Below, in pieces: positions 27,301-40,610 of a stretch of 64,000 bases of DNA. The notes beneath the pieces were generated by a model. That model had not been told where the DNA came from. It did no database searches and saw only the letters and a list, made by a program, of their open reading frames with translations. The translations under genes were made by a program, and so were the position numbers. Every line of letters starts with the position of its first letter. The first letter of the stretch is position 1. This DNA is from Oopsacas minuta. Lineage: Eukaryota > Animalia > Porifera. Where the stretch lies: NCBI GenBank assembly GCA_024704765.1, contig JAKMXF010000077.1, forward strand, positions 449,220-513,219. The letters run 5' to 3'.

Positions 27301-29260
27301 ACTGATGAATCTGACCTTCTTAAGCAAAAACAATGGATTTCAGCTCAATTAACTAGCAATTACATACAGTGCTACAGAGAGCATATGAAGCAGATAAAAT
27401 ACCAGTTGGAATTATATTGAAAATTTCCCAATGATTAACTTCATAGAGAACAAAATAGTGAAATAACAATGTTCAAATTTGTCATCAAATCCTCAATTGA
27501 ATTACCTAAATTATGTATATCATTCATTATTCATCAATAGATCATAAATAATTCAGGTTGAAATAATGAATGCAAGTATATACACTCTAGAACAATATAA
27601 CTATTAGTATTATATACTTCATGCGTCTAGTATGTCATGTATGACCGATTAAATAACTTTAATAGTAACTTGTTGCATGCATTATGTGTATTATCCTTAC
27701 AAACAGTAGATTGACCAAGGTAATGAGAAAATAATGAATAACTGTAAGTGGTTAGGCGTGATTATACTAGGGGGATAATATTAGCTGTAATATGGTATAT
27801 GAAAATATTTTTCATAAATTCAATATTGACACAATATAAACATATAAATTCTTGCTCGAAACGAAGTTGAGTCGATCTGCCAATACGTTAAATTCTCATT
27901 TGATTATTTCGTAGGAGAGTTACTTATGCAGTGGCTCTAGGCCGAAATATACCTTAAAGACTTTAGGTGTTATGATTTCAAACCCTAAGTATTACGATAC
28001 GACTCAAAATAAGTTAGATCTTTGCATAATGACAATATATATTAGTAAGAATATATTAAGTACTGATACAATATTGAAAAATTGTATTCTGGTACATACA
28101 ATATACACATTTCTACTTTGTGTCCAAAGTGAAATTCAAAAAGAATATTATCATATTACAAAAGTATGAAATTATCCACTTCCACTCCTTACCATAATGT
28201 ACAGCGTAAACAGCACATAGATATTAAAACTGAACATTATAGGGTAACAATATGATATTCAGTATATCATAAATTGATTGCATTTTAAACCAACGAACAT
28301 ATAAGATACGGGGGACGAGATGTACATTGGGTCATGCGGAGAGAAGGGATGACTAGTTCTAGAATAAAACAGCTAGGATCGGATATCCTGTTGCAATCGC
28401 AAAAAAGGTCTTTCGAATTAGTGGATTAGTTAGCATTAGTAAAGTGCCATAATAAAATAGGTTCGATAGGATATTCTTTCGAATTTGTAACAAAGATGAA
28501 AAGGCTGCAACCTGTGTGAGGGATAGTAATTTGTATTAGTGCAAAGTGTAATCGGTTTGGAAAAACCTAATAAAATTTAGTATTTCCATCACATTTTCCA
28601 TAGATTGTATCTCCATTATGACCTAACGAGGGTAGCAAACTGGTGATTATGATTATAGTAGATAATTACACTGAAGATATATGTTAAAAATGCTAAATTT
28701 ATAGTAAATCGACTGAATAACTTTCAAAAATGGTTCAAGATATTCAGTTGCACTTCCGGAAATGTGACTACTACTTAGTGTGATTTTGATGAAATTCCGG
28801 ATTATGGTTCAATAATGAACGAGTTCTAAATATTTTGACTGATGTATATAAGCCCTATTACTGTATCCTATTGAATCACAATCGTATACTGAATTCAAAT
28901 ATGTATTGGATGCTTCAGAAAATGATAAAAAAAAATAGAATGAATTATAAGATGTTACAAAAATAGTATTTTTCGAAAAATTACATTTCTTCAATTTCGG
29001 TATACCTCATACATCCGGTGGCCACAAAGTAAAGTGGGAACCTTTATGCGTGACTAAAAACTATTGAGAATGAACATTTGAAATATAATATGCAAAATTA
29101 TCAACTATTCAACTTGCAAAAATTAATGTAGGCCAAGGAGCTGAAATATATGCAAAAATCGATGACTAATAATGCTTGAGAATGAAAAATAAACATATAC
29201 GAGGGTCAGTCCAAAGGTTTTGTCGTACACAAAAATATAATAACAAATTTAATCAAACTT

Positions 29261-30318
29261 TTACGGTTTCTCAAAGTAACGACCACAACAATCTATGCAA
29301 AGTTGCATACGATGAAACCAACTGTCGAAACAACTATGCGATTTTTCCTCTGGCAGGCTCCAAGGGCCTCTCCAAATGCCAGACGAGCCTCTTCATGACT
29401 CTCAAACCTTATTCCACGGATCTTGTCCTTGATTGTTAGCAACAAGAAAAAGTCACATGGAACTAAATCTGGACTGTAAGGTGGATGCGATACCAACTGG
29501 ATTGAATTTTCAGCCAGGAAGTCCAATGTTTTGGCTGCTGTGTGTGCAAATGCATTATCGTGGTGAAGGAGAAGTCCTCTGATACCGGTCTTAGGGCGAC
29601 GAGAACTCCAAGCATCGAAAGCCTTGGGTAGGCAATTGTTAATGTACCAATCAGCATTGACGGCACGACGATCCTCGAGAAGAATTATTGCTACTGGGCC
29701 AGTCTTACAGAAAAAAGGAGCCACCATCTTCTTCCCAACGCTGCGAGCCCGGCGAACTTTAACAGTGGATCTTCGCCAGGAAGCACCCAGATTGAAGATT
29801 GTTGCTTTGTTTCCGGATCGTACTGATAGATTCATGTCTCATCACATGTTAGTATGTCGTAAACTCGTTTAGACTCTCCTCCTTTAAATTTCTTGAGCAT
29901 AAACTTGCACCATTCTACCCTTGCCTCTAATTGCATTTCAGAGAGATTATGAGGGATCCATCGGGCCGCAAGCCTTCTGACACCAAGATAATCATGTAGA
30001 ATAGCATTGATGGCGGCTTTCCGATCTTTAGAGTCACAGCAAGCTGCTCATAGTTAATGCGGCTATCCTCTCTGATTAATATCTCGGCAGCAGCAATAGT
30101 TTCTGGAGTGACGGTGGTTGAAGGTCCCCCAGACCTAGCCTCATCTTGTAATGACGTTCTCTCCCTCCTGAAATCTAGATACCAACGCTCCACTGTACGC
30201 TTAGATGGAGCTTGATCTTGGAAAGCTTCCACCAAGATATCATGACTCTGCTCCACTGATATCTTACGCATAAAGTCATAAAACATCATGGCTAGAAATC
30301 CCTTCTTTCCAGTTCCAT
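29261..30318 (-). pseudogene. Degenerate mariner transposase
   Basis: MELERRDF start; RWIPHNL; TCDET* (TGG to TGA); HHDNAFAH and YSPDLVPCDF with 34 residues between the Asp residues; ends YFEKP*. Several frameshifts and stops. Confidence 0.93.
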
Positions 30319-30418
30319 TAAGTAATAATAAAATCTGTATATAGGCTTATGGATAGAATAGCGTTACTCAGGAAATAAGTGTTGAATATAGTTCAAATTA
30401 ATAATAAAGTCATATATA

Positions 30419-31757
30419 CTACGGGCGTTCAATAAGTAGTCGTTATTCCAAATTTTGTAAGTCGGAATATTTCGACCTAGATCAAACTGAATTTTCTAAT
30501 AACAATCCATCTATTGTGAATTCAATAATGCAGAGCTTTTTTGATTCTGATGTCTCGTTGAAATATTGTACCTATTTACATTTTGACAGTTTATTATAGT
30601 AACATTTTTAATGGCTTCAAAAAGTACAGATTTCAAAATTGAGCAGAGAGCATATGTGAAGATCAGAACACTGCTCAAGGTTTCACCAACAGATGTCCAC
30701 AAAGATTTAGAGGAAGTTTATAAGGATACAGCACTTCCATATTCCACTGTTGTTGATTGGGCTAGACGCTTTCGTGAAGGTAGAGTGTCCATTGAAGATG
30801 GGGCAAGAATAGGGAGACCAGTTTCCAGCACCAATGACAAAAATATCCTTGAGGTATCCGCGTTACTTGAAGAAGACCCTCATATCACGCTTGTGGAGAT
30901 AGCTGATGCGGTTGGTATCTCAACGGGAACTGCTCAAGCTATTGTACATGATAATATGAAATTCCGAAAGATATGTGCTCGATGGGTGCCGCATTTACTA
31001 ACTCAGGCCCTGAAAGCAAAGAGGGTCCAATGCGCTACTAAATTGCTCTCTGAGTTTGATCGAACTGACTCCAGAAGGTTATTTGAGATAGTAACAGGTG
31101 ACGAAACTTGGGTACGCTATTCTGAGCCTTTATCAAAAGAAGCAAACAAAGTATGGGTGGCAAAAGGACAGGACCCACCAATGATCCCTCGACATGACTT
31201 TCGGGATCCGAAGGTTATGTACTGTATATTTTTTGATTCTAATGGTCCAGTGTGCCAGATTTGTGTCCCCAAATACCAAACAATAACAGGCTCCTTCTAC
31301 ACCAATGAGTGTCTAACAGAGGTTGAAAAATTCTACCAAAATCGACGGCCAAGGACTGGAACTCGTGGATTGCGAATATTGCATGATAACGCCCGACCGC
31401 ACAAGACAAAGCTGGTTAGAGAAAAGTTAGAAGCTATGAAAATTGTGGAGCTAGATCACCCTCCCTACTCGCCAGATCTAGCTCCCTGTGACTTTTGGTT
31501 GTTTCCAAAGCTAAAGAAACATCTATCAGGCAGGAAATTCGAGAGTCGAGCTCAGATAGGATCGGCGATTTTCCAGTATATGAAAGGTGTACCAACCGAA
31601 GACTACAAAAAAGTATTTTTCGATTGGATAAAAAGGCTGAAATTGGTTTTACAGCACGAAGGGGAATACTTTGAGAAACTCCATCACTGATTACACAATT
31701 GTGCTAGAAAAATTTAGAATTACAATGTGATAACGACTACTTATTGAACGCCCGTAG
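30419..31757 (+). mobile_element. Intact, probably young DD34D mariner (1339 bp)
   Basis: Perfect TIRs CTACGGGCGTTCAATAAGTAGTCGTTAT (30419-30446, 31730-31757) with TA flanks inside a (TA)n tract; uninterrupted transposase ORF. The exact terminus could be 3 bp further in. Confidence 0.97.
30611..31690 (+). CDS. Mariner transposase, 359 aa, apparently intact
   Basis: N-terminal HTH region, WVPHLL linker, TGDETW, HDNARPH and YSPDLAPCDFWLFPKLK; 34 residues counted between the second and third Asp (DD34D). Confidence 0.97.
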   Translation: MASKSTDFKIEQRAYVKIRTLLKVSPTDVHKDLEEVYKDTALPYSTVVDWARRFREGRVSIEDGARIGRPVSSTNDKNILEVSALLEEDPHITLVEIADAVGISTGTAQAIVHDNMKFRKICARWVPHLLTQALKAKRVQCATKLLSEFDRTDSRRLFEIVTGDETWVRYSEPLSKEANKVWVAKGQDPPMIPRHDFRDPKVMYCIFFDSNGPVCQICVPKYQTITGSFYTNECLTEVEKFYQNRRPRTGTRGLRILHDNARPHKTKLVREKLEAMKIVELDHPPYSPDLAPCDFWLFPKLKKHLSGRKFESRAQIGSAIFQYMKGVPTEDYKKVFFDWIKRLKLVLQHEGEYFEKLHH

Positions 31758-31845
31758 TATATATCTACATATATAGTGCTGTATTTATTTGATTGAAAAC
31801 AAAACAGAACCTTTGTACGACAAAACCTTTGGGCTGAGCCTCGTA

Positions 31846-32327
31846 CAGTGTGAGCCGCTCAATCAGGACTCGGATAATCGGGATATCCGCTAAACGGGAA
31901 ATAATTTGGGGACAGATTTTTTAGGTAGAAAATCACTGGATATTCGGGACATCGAATTGGTTAATCGGGATTATTTATCCCGATTAACCGAATATAAACT
32001 TAATATTCGCTTAATTCGGATTTCATCCCAAATAAACGATTGCATATTTATTTTAGAATTATTGTAACATAGTTTGTTCTGGAAACTAGGAATATGAATA
32101 ATCTACAACTATAACAATACAACACCGGTCTAATTGCAATTTACAAACTAAGATTATTTACTCTGCTCACTCCCTATATATTCAGGATTTAGTAGTAGTG
32201 TAATTAGATATTTCTGGTTATGATCTGAGACTATAGAAACTAGTTTTGAATACTTAAATAAATCATAATCGGTTAATTGGGACAAAACATTGTCTCCCGA
32301 GCAGTCTCGATTAAGCGACTTCCACTG
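31846..32327. mobile_element. Second copy of the pogo-type MITE, 482 bp
   Basis: Colinear with 17194-17931 but internally shorter; ends cagtgtgagccgctcaatc and gattaagcgacttccactg with TA flanks; left TA shared with the old mariner. Confidence 0.88.
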
Positions 32328-32588
32328 TAGTTAGTCTAGCACACGAGGTAAAATTCATCACATAATGCATACGAATACTGAAAAATGCCATTGAATTAAT
32401 GAATATCCAGGCATGCTGAAATATCGTAGAGAATTTTAAGAATAAATACCCATGTTTGTGAAGGTTCCGAATTTTCAAATTTTAGCATAAGTTTGGTTCT
32501 TTGGTTAGAGAGGTCATAAATTCATTAAGTACTAATTATAGTATAATTCTAGGTTTGAAATAATGTAGTCTACATAAATTATAGTATA

Positions 32589-32732
32589 GAGTGGAAACTT
32601 GTTAATATAATCAGGGTTTAAAATTAGGCCCCTAAAATGGTTATGCAATTGCAATTATCGCTTAATCTGAACTCAAGGTAGGGGATAAAATGTAAACCAC
32701 CTGTTGATGTTCGCGTTAACGAGGTTCCACTG
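32589..32732. mobile_element. Tiny decayed pogo-like MITE
   Basis: ta-gagtggaaacttgttaat versus reverse complement of gttaacgaggttccactg-ta (ta-cagtggaacctcgttaac): 4 mismatches in 20. Confidence 0.45.
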
Positions 32733-33720
32733 TATTATATATTACAGGGGCGGGACAACAGGTGCAAGAGGTATGCATGATGACATAGTTCATTGGTGGA
32801 TCAATCGTAGATTGATACAATAGGAGGAGCGCTAACAAAAATATCAAAACTAATTTTTGACGTCACACAGATGGATTTTGTGTGTGCATCCAATCCTGTA
32901 GTGCTTAGAAGATAATTGCGAAAAGGTTGGCCTCTGGATATTCCTATACATATAACACATTTTGAAATGAAGTCAAAAATAACTTCAAAATGAGCACAAA
33001 GCGATTAAAAGTATCACTAGCCGGCATAAAACAACAACCAAATTACTCAAATCAAAATTTTCAGATCTTTACGCTCGAAAAACTACTAAATTATTCACCA
33101 ATAAGGAAGAATAACCTAACATCCAGTATAGAAACAAGCACGCTTGCAAAGATTAATCGTAATACTACTAAATCTACTCGGAATCCATTAAAAATTAGTA
33201 TGATAATCAATAACTTATTCAAAAAACAAAAGGAAAAAGCAATGAGCATTTTCAAAACAATGGGGCAATCGATGAAATTATTGGACCACTTGACTTAAAT
33301 AATTTTTCAAATTACATTGTACAAAAATCCTTTGCAAACAGGAAAGAGCACGACGTAGGCCAAACTGGTCATTTCGCAGGTTTAATATCCATTTACGAAT
33401 ATTAGTTGTGTCTAATGTGAAAATGACCAGATTCACCTGAATATAGCACTCAGATCTTAGAAATGAGATTGGACGATAATATGTATAGTTTGGAAGTCCA
33501 TACATGTTACTTATGTGTACTCAGTATCCGGTAAAAATCTCAGATAGCAATTTGAAATTTTCAAAATAAGTCAAATTTATAATTTACCGTGACCTTAGTT
33601 ATATAAGGACACATTACTATTCGAATCACTGGATTAATTGAAGTCCTTGATAGGCAATGATATTATTCAAGATATTACAATGGGTGCATATTAGCCCTGA
33701 CAAGTGTATTGTTGTTAGTT

Positions 33721-34197
33721 AATAATTGGTTCCAGGATGTTTTCATGCAAAATATAAATTGCCATAATAAAGATCTCAGATTCCAGAGCGATAGCAACAT
33801 TTCTGCTAAAAGTCACCTATAATTTGACAACCTCTAATGTCATGGCCAATCATCTTACGAACATATGGTATGTACCCGAGTTTCCATACCCTGATAATAC
33901 ATTCTGATATGAGATATTTGACATTTATGATGCAATCCTGAAAATGATAATATTTGGTCTTATTGATGATTGCAATAATCCGTGGGCACATCATGGCAAA
34001 ATGTATCCTCAGGTAATGGGAAGTCGGATATATACCATAAATTTGGAAGATTATTAGAAATACCATTAAAGGTTGTCAAGTTATAGGTGAGTATCAGCAG
34101 AAATGTGTTATCCATGGCCACTACTTTAATTCTGGAACCTGAGAACTATATTATGGCAATTTTTTGATATTTTGCATGAAATATCTTTGATCAATTG
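33721..34197. repeat. Imperfect ~480-bp foldback palindrome
   Basis: 33802-33840 pairs with 34064-34102 (about 85%), 33848-33904 with 33999-34055, and 33721-33800 with about 34100-34197; loop about 95 bp. Confidence 0.75.
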
Positions 34198-37100
34198 GTG
34201 ATAACTCAGGAGTCGGGGACGAAGCGATATGGATCATTTGACTGAGCTTGAAAACTGGTAGATTTTTCACAAAATATTGTCATTTAAGCTAATCAGATGA
34301 GGTCATTTCGACCTGAGACCCGTCGGATGCCATAGTTTGTGTTAATTATCAATTTTCAATAATACATTTATTTGGGCCAAAACCCTTTTTGTATTATTGT
34401 GAATAATATTGTTGCCTAACAATTTAATGGACTTCAAGTAATCCATGGTCTCTGAAATTATTCTCAGAAGTATGGCATTATATATCGAAGGTCATGAATA
34501 AACAAATATTATATTATACGAGAGTGAATATATAGAATAGTTGGCACGCACACAAGTTTTGAAACAAATCCAGATTTGGTAGCAACTACCAGAGAACAAA
34601 ATAAATTTACAAGTCTCTCCAATTAAGCGGAGTCAATTGCATACTTAGTACTACACTACAAATCTAGAATTTCCAATTGTATATACCAATATTCCTGTAT
34701 CGTAGAAATCTTTAGAAACAAAATCACATAATTTCAAATAATATTTTGGGTACCTATTCCTAGAAAAGGGAGGGCAATTTTTGCTGTTGCCAACCCCAAA
34801 ATCCGCATCTAGAAATTGATATGTTGATCAATAGCAGTAGAACAAATATCACTAAGAATTTGCAATGGAACATATGTACTCCTAATAAGTAATTATATGT
34901 TGTAGATGATTTGAAACACCAAAAAAGTAAAAAACCTCATATTTTATCAGAGTCAAGTACTTTGTGTGTGTGTGTATTTACTTATTATATAAGATATACG
35001 TATTAGGGTGCAGTATTTGCCCTTTTGTTTGAATTTCCTATTTCTTCAGCCTTTCTTGTTATCAATAGGGTATTGATTCATCATGTAGTATCTAATAGAA
35101 TTAGAGTAGATTTACCCTGAAATATATTCTATATAAAGTGGAGATCTGGTGGGATAGTTGTATTTCGGCAAATAATACTCCATGATAGCCAATGCCGTCC
35201 TAGTAAAAATACCCGCCTTACCATAAGTTTTGGTACAACCTCAACTTTTTGCTCCAAATATCGATATCTAAAATAGATCCTAGATGGCTAAATACATACT
35301 ACAGGTACCACACAACAAGCCAAATCTCCAGGGGTATGATTTACAAAGCAGACGTATCATCTAATAATTGAGAACAATTACACTACACAGTTGATAATTC
35401 CACAGGATTTGATGTTTGTATGATTCTAGTATATTAGTCGCGGAATAGTTGAGAAGAACTAATGTCACAACGGGAGGTACATTAGTGTTACGGTATAGGG
35501 CAAGATCCTAACGCCTAATGTTCAGTCATGGATCCTAGTATTTCCTTGGTTATAACACACTGTTTCATGTTGTTGGTTGGTACTAGATTGTAAATTCTCT
35601 GTACTGTGTGTCTGACTCACGACTCCAATTATATGTTTGTTATCTTATCCTTAGTTCATTCAAAAGAAATTTGGTACTGATACATTTGTATGGAAACTTA
35701 AAAGGAACAGTTTCGAATAACCTATATAACTCAGTGATTATAACATACATAACCTCAATCCGTAGGCATAAAGTGATGAGCATATTACCATCGCAGAGCA
35801 ATCTGGGATAAAAACGCATTCATTGACCAAATTTTTGATAAATTTCAAAAACCACTTATTGGTATAAATATTATAAATAAATTAGTAAACACTTGAAAAA
35901 ATAGGATTAACATATTAACATTTTACAGTGAACGACTAACACTGGTGGAAATTTCATAATTTCTTGATCCCATATTCACACAATAAGTTGATGTCAAAGT
36001 TGAAATTTAGGTTTCGTGAATATAATGATAATTCACATCCCAGGAGAAAGGATTAAACAACTCATTATCTGAGGTATTCAATAATACGGTAAGCAAATTT
36101 CCCGCTTAATCTCATAATTCTCAAGTGAATAAGACATTATCAGGGAAATTTTGGGATAAAATTCGTAATGTAGTATCCATGTAAGTGGCACGTACGTGTT
36201 AAGTACTAAATTACCATACATGTGGACACAAGTATGTTTATATATGCAAATGAGTTTGTTCACACTGTCAACTTCTGCACTGTATTTCCATGTTTTTCCT
36301 TCGAATAAAGTGTAAATCACGCTTATTTGATGTTATAATCCGGGAAGGATGCCAAATCTGAACACATTATTATGAAAATATCCGGCATAAGACACAACAC
36401 GATATTAGAAAAACCAACTTTTTAGTACAAGAATGAACGAAAATGGGTTTAGACCCGAATGTATAAGAAAATATGAGGAATATTCTATTAAGATGCATGA
36501 TAATGAACGGAATCCACAATAGCACCAAACTAAATGAGCCAATAGGAGTTATGTTGCCAAAAATTGTAGATTCGTATTAAGTGTAAATCTAAAAACACTG
36601 AGAGCCTATGTGGGCCTAAGCATATAGATCATTAAGTAAATCATAAATTAGATAGAAAAATTGAAATATATAGATATGGGTGTGAGAATCTAATCCAATT
36701 GAAAAGTAGTACAGAAATTACCTTGTGCAGATATATAGATTGATTTCGTGGATAATCCCTAAATAAAATGAAATACATAAACATAAAAGGACAATAATTG
36801 GCATCACTAAAAGTATAAATATAATTTTGACATTAAGGTAGTGATGTGCATAATTGCTAAAGCGAGTAAACAGTTAAGCAACTCTTTCGCCTGGTAGGCC
36901 TATAGTATCCTTAATTTGGCGAATTAAGCTTTAGCACTGCTATCATTTATTCATTCAATGAACACTTCCTGTTATGCGGGTGGAATAGGATCAAGATTTG
37001 CATTGAAAGCAATTCTGAGAAGTTTCTATCACTCAAAATCCCAAAAATAGGAAAGAAATATATGTTGAATCCCTTAAGCGCTCTGGAATGGCTCCCTTTG

Positions 37101-38839
37101 TGTCCGAATATAAGACTTTTGGTTCAAAACCACCTACATGAATCTGTGTGGACCCAAATTTGATATATTCATTGGACAATTTCTCTTCTCTCCCCCTGAA
37201 GTCATTTGCAAGAAGTTAAATATATATTTGAGTAGAATAGAAAAGAAACATTACAAAATGAAATTTTAGATTAGATTATGATGTACGCGTACTTGGCTAA
37301 TATATTCTATAAATTAATTTTAATTGTTTTAAAGAAGCCGCCACAAACTTGTAGAAAGATTCTTTGCTAGGGATTACGTAGAAAGCAGGAATTCGGCCAA
37401 TAAAATATTCTGTGGATTTCCCATTGTTAAAATTTGTTTTCGTAACAACATATAGACCATTCGTAATTGATCAAGTGTGGTTGATGATTGTCAATCATTG
37501 TGGTAAATAAATTTCGCGAGAGAACCTCAATGAATACATTTACACAATTCATTGGTAAATTCTGTGAAATAATGGTTCATTCGTACTTGCTACCTGGAAT
37601 TTGTCCTCATAGACGCGTACACCTTAAGAATTGAATCGTGCACCCTTACATTTGGTAGGGAACTCCTGGACTAAGTACTATTGTGTAAACATTGATATTG
37701 ATCAAATATCAACATGTTTACGATTGCGTCACAATGGTTAGAGAAATTGTATCAAAATGTATCACAATGGTATGGGAAATTGAGCATGTAGTACATATTG
37801 GTGGGACTAAATTGACTAAATGCCCAACACAATCGAGTTGTAAGTTGATATTGGCCAAAGAATATGCCATCCTTGGTAGCTAGTATTCAATAACGTGACA
37901 ACTTAATGATTACAAAATATATCTGTTATTTATAAACATCCTTTAATCATTTGATATTTATCCAGAAATCGATTACTCAAACCAGATTGTTCATCAAAAC
38001 ATTAAAATGAGTGGTTTTCTAATAACTCACCGCCATTATAACCAAACTGATGATGTCATTTGAAACTGGGAATAGTTTAGCAAGTAATTTGTGTTGATTA
38101 ATAATTATCAATAATACATTTCCATGAGCCAAAATACCAATTCGAGATAATCAAGAATTTTAAAAGTGTTATTGAAGTTTAACAGACTTGAAGTAACACA
38201 CTATGCAGGAAAGTATGGTTAGTGAACAGGCTATAATTATGTAGATTATGAGATCAAGATTTATTATTGGGGTATGGAAAGTCAGGTAAGTAACCTAATG
38301 CGCCAAAGGTATTGGAACACCAGGCCAGAATTGACCCCTGGTCCAAAGGGATGTCACCTTAATTGTATAGGATAGAGATGATATAAACAACATAGAACTT
38401 AAATCTATCATAAACAACGAATGATAAAAAGCACTTAATCTACTTTCTGGTTTTACAATAGAATCTATCAACGTATTATTACATTGTGTCACTTTGCCAC
38501 AAGTGGTACAAGGTTCCAAAACTTTGGACCAGACAGTTTACTATTAAACATAATTGTAACGATTATCGTGTTGTAAGGAAATATTGACAAACAAATGCAA
38601 TCTATGGTCTAACAAGAACTAGCCAACTTTATGATGAAAATATTGAATATTTGTATAAATATATACTTCGAACATTCGTAATTTAACTATTTATTCAAAG
38701 ATCTATATTTTGCTCTTAGAGTGGTGGAATTTGGAGCATTTCATCCAACAAATCAGTTTATTAGGCGATCAGATAACGTCTTTTCGGACAAAAATACAGT
38801 AGACCCTTGTTAATAGGTACACCAGGGGACTGCCAAAAT

Positions 38840-40560
38840 CAGGGGCGTCGGAAGTTGGCATTTCATGGGGGATTTAATGATAAGAATGCATGAATAATAA
38901 CACCCAATTTAGTAATCTAGATAGTCCATTTAGAGCTTTGGCAATCTCCCAAACTTCTCTTCACGGTGTTTAACATTTATGAACGCACTTGTTATCTTCA
39001 TACTGTCTATCTTAGCAGATTTCTCATTCTCGATTGCCAGAATCGATAGTCGTGTCAATCTTGACTGAGTCATAGTGGACCTAAGCCATGTATTGAGTCG
39101 GTGAAGTACACTAAGGCTTTGCACTGCACTGGTTCCGGAGACTCCCAACACTAGCAAAATTATTACTAACCGTGTAACATTAAGAAGCATATTTCTAACC
39201 TCTTTAGCTAATGACTTGTACATTGAAAAGAACGATGTGGTGGATGTGGTGGATGAAACTGTTAATCTTACAGACTTTTCTACACATTTCAACATCTGAA
39301 TTTCGAATTGTAAATCTTCTACTGAAGATACGTCATTTTTGTAAAATGTGTATACAGATGAAATCATACTATCTTGAATAACCTCTGCAGGTACCACTGA
39401 CAGAAAGTTTTTCAATATCACATATTATCCCCAAGTTTTCTTGTCGCAGGTATGTTTCATTTTATCGGTAAACCACCTAAATATGCTCGACAATGATCAT
39501 AGGGGGTTGCTTTCACACTGGATCATCACTTGTGAAATTAATGTCTTTCTCTATTCTTGAATTTCTTCTGGTGGATGAAGATCTTATTCTTCAGAAAATT
39601 TAGCAAGCTTAATAATTATCAATAAAGTGAGTGCCCTACATTCTAAAATAAATTAGTTCATCAATGACATGGTTTCCCACTTTCAATTTACCAAAGACTG
39701 TTGCTTCTTTAGATTGTAGTTCCTTCGATACATTTCTACCCGTTTGAAAATTGGAAGAAGCAAGATGAATAGATAGAAGAGTCTAAAAATGAGCAAGCCT
39801 CGGAATGAAACCTCGTGCAGTAGCTCCTGTTTTGGCACTGCAGTAATGCATCACTTTAAGTAGAACATCGTATACGTCTTGAATTGCTGCTAATAGACTC
39901 CTACGAAGTATCCAACTATTTGGACAAGTGCTCGACGGACAGATAAATTCAATTCATCGTCTGGAAGAAGCCCCTTGTGCAATTGCTTCACTAATTCGTA
40001 TCTTTTACGCTGTCAAGTAGGAAATTTGATAAGGAATTCAAACACTACATCAAGGCAATTGTCCAATGAGTACTTAAAATCAAATGTTGAAGATCCGAAT
40101 TAACCCCGTGGTTTATACAATGCACGAAAAGAACTTCTGCAACAATATTCTAGATTAGGATTTTACACCTTTATGAATACCTGTCATATTTGCTGCCCAA
40201 TCGTATACTTAAGCACAACAGTATGCAATATTTATGTTGAGTCGCAGAAGCTATCCATTATTGCAGATACGATCTTTTCCCCAGTAGTCAAAGACATTGT
40301 GGCTAAACCGAGAAAGTATTCATTTATAGTGAAGTCGGAAGCTACACATCTAAGGATCAACCATTGCGGTTCTTGTCCTGTAATATCAGTAGTTCCATCG
40401 GAACATATCATGAAGAACTTACATCTCTTGAATTCTGCAGCAATTGGTCGTTGAACATCATGAGCTAATAGCTGCATGATTTCTTTCTGAATATCTGGTT
40501 ACATATATTCCAAACAGTTGAATGAAAGACACTTCGCCAAACTAGTACTATCAATTGAAC
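38840..40560 (-). mobile_element. Decayed ZMYM1-like hAT transposon, 5'-truncated
   Basis: ORF 38930-39421 has the dimerisation motif LLVLGVSGTSAVQSLSVLHRLNTWLRSTMTQSRLTRLSILAIE; ORF 40232-40477 has FFMICSDGTTDITGQE (first catalytic Asp region); hAT-like end caggggcgtcggaag at 38840. Confidence 0.85.
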
Positions 40561-40610
40561 GCAGTTTTATCAGCTTACATAATAACCGGAGTCTGTAACA
40601 TGGCCTCAAA

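Larger units (their letters stand above)
29200..31843 (-). mobile_element. Old DD34D mariner, interrupted by a younger mariner
   Basis: 28-bp TIRs at 29200-29227 (cgagggtcagtccaaaggttttgtcgta) and 31816-31843 with 2 mismatches, TA at 29198-29199 and 31844-31845. Removing the 1341-bp insert leaves 1303 bp, a typical mariner size. Confidence 0.93.

Noticed and set aside
38035-38085. Minimal hammerhead (ctgatga...gaaac)
   Set aside because: A short stem III can form but stem I cannot pair.
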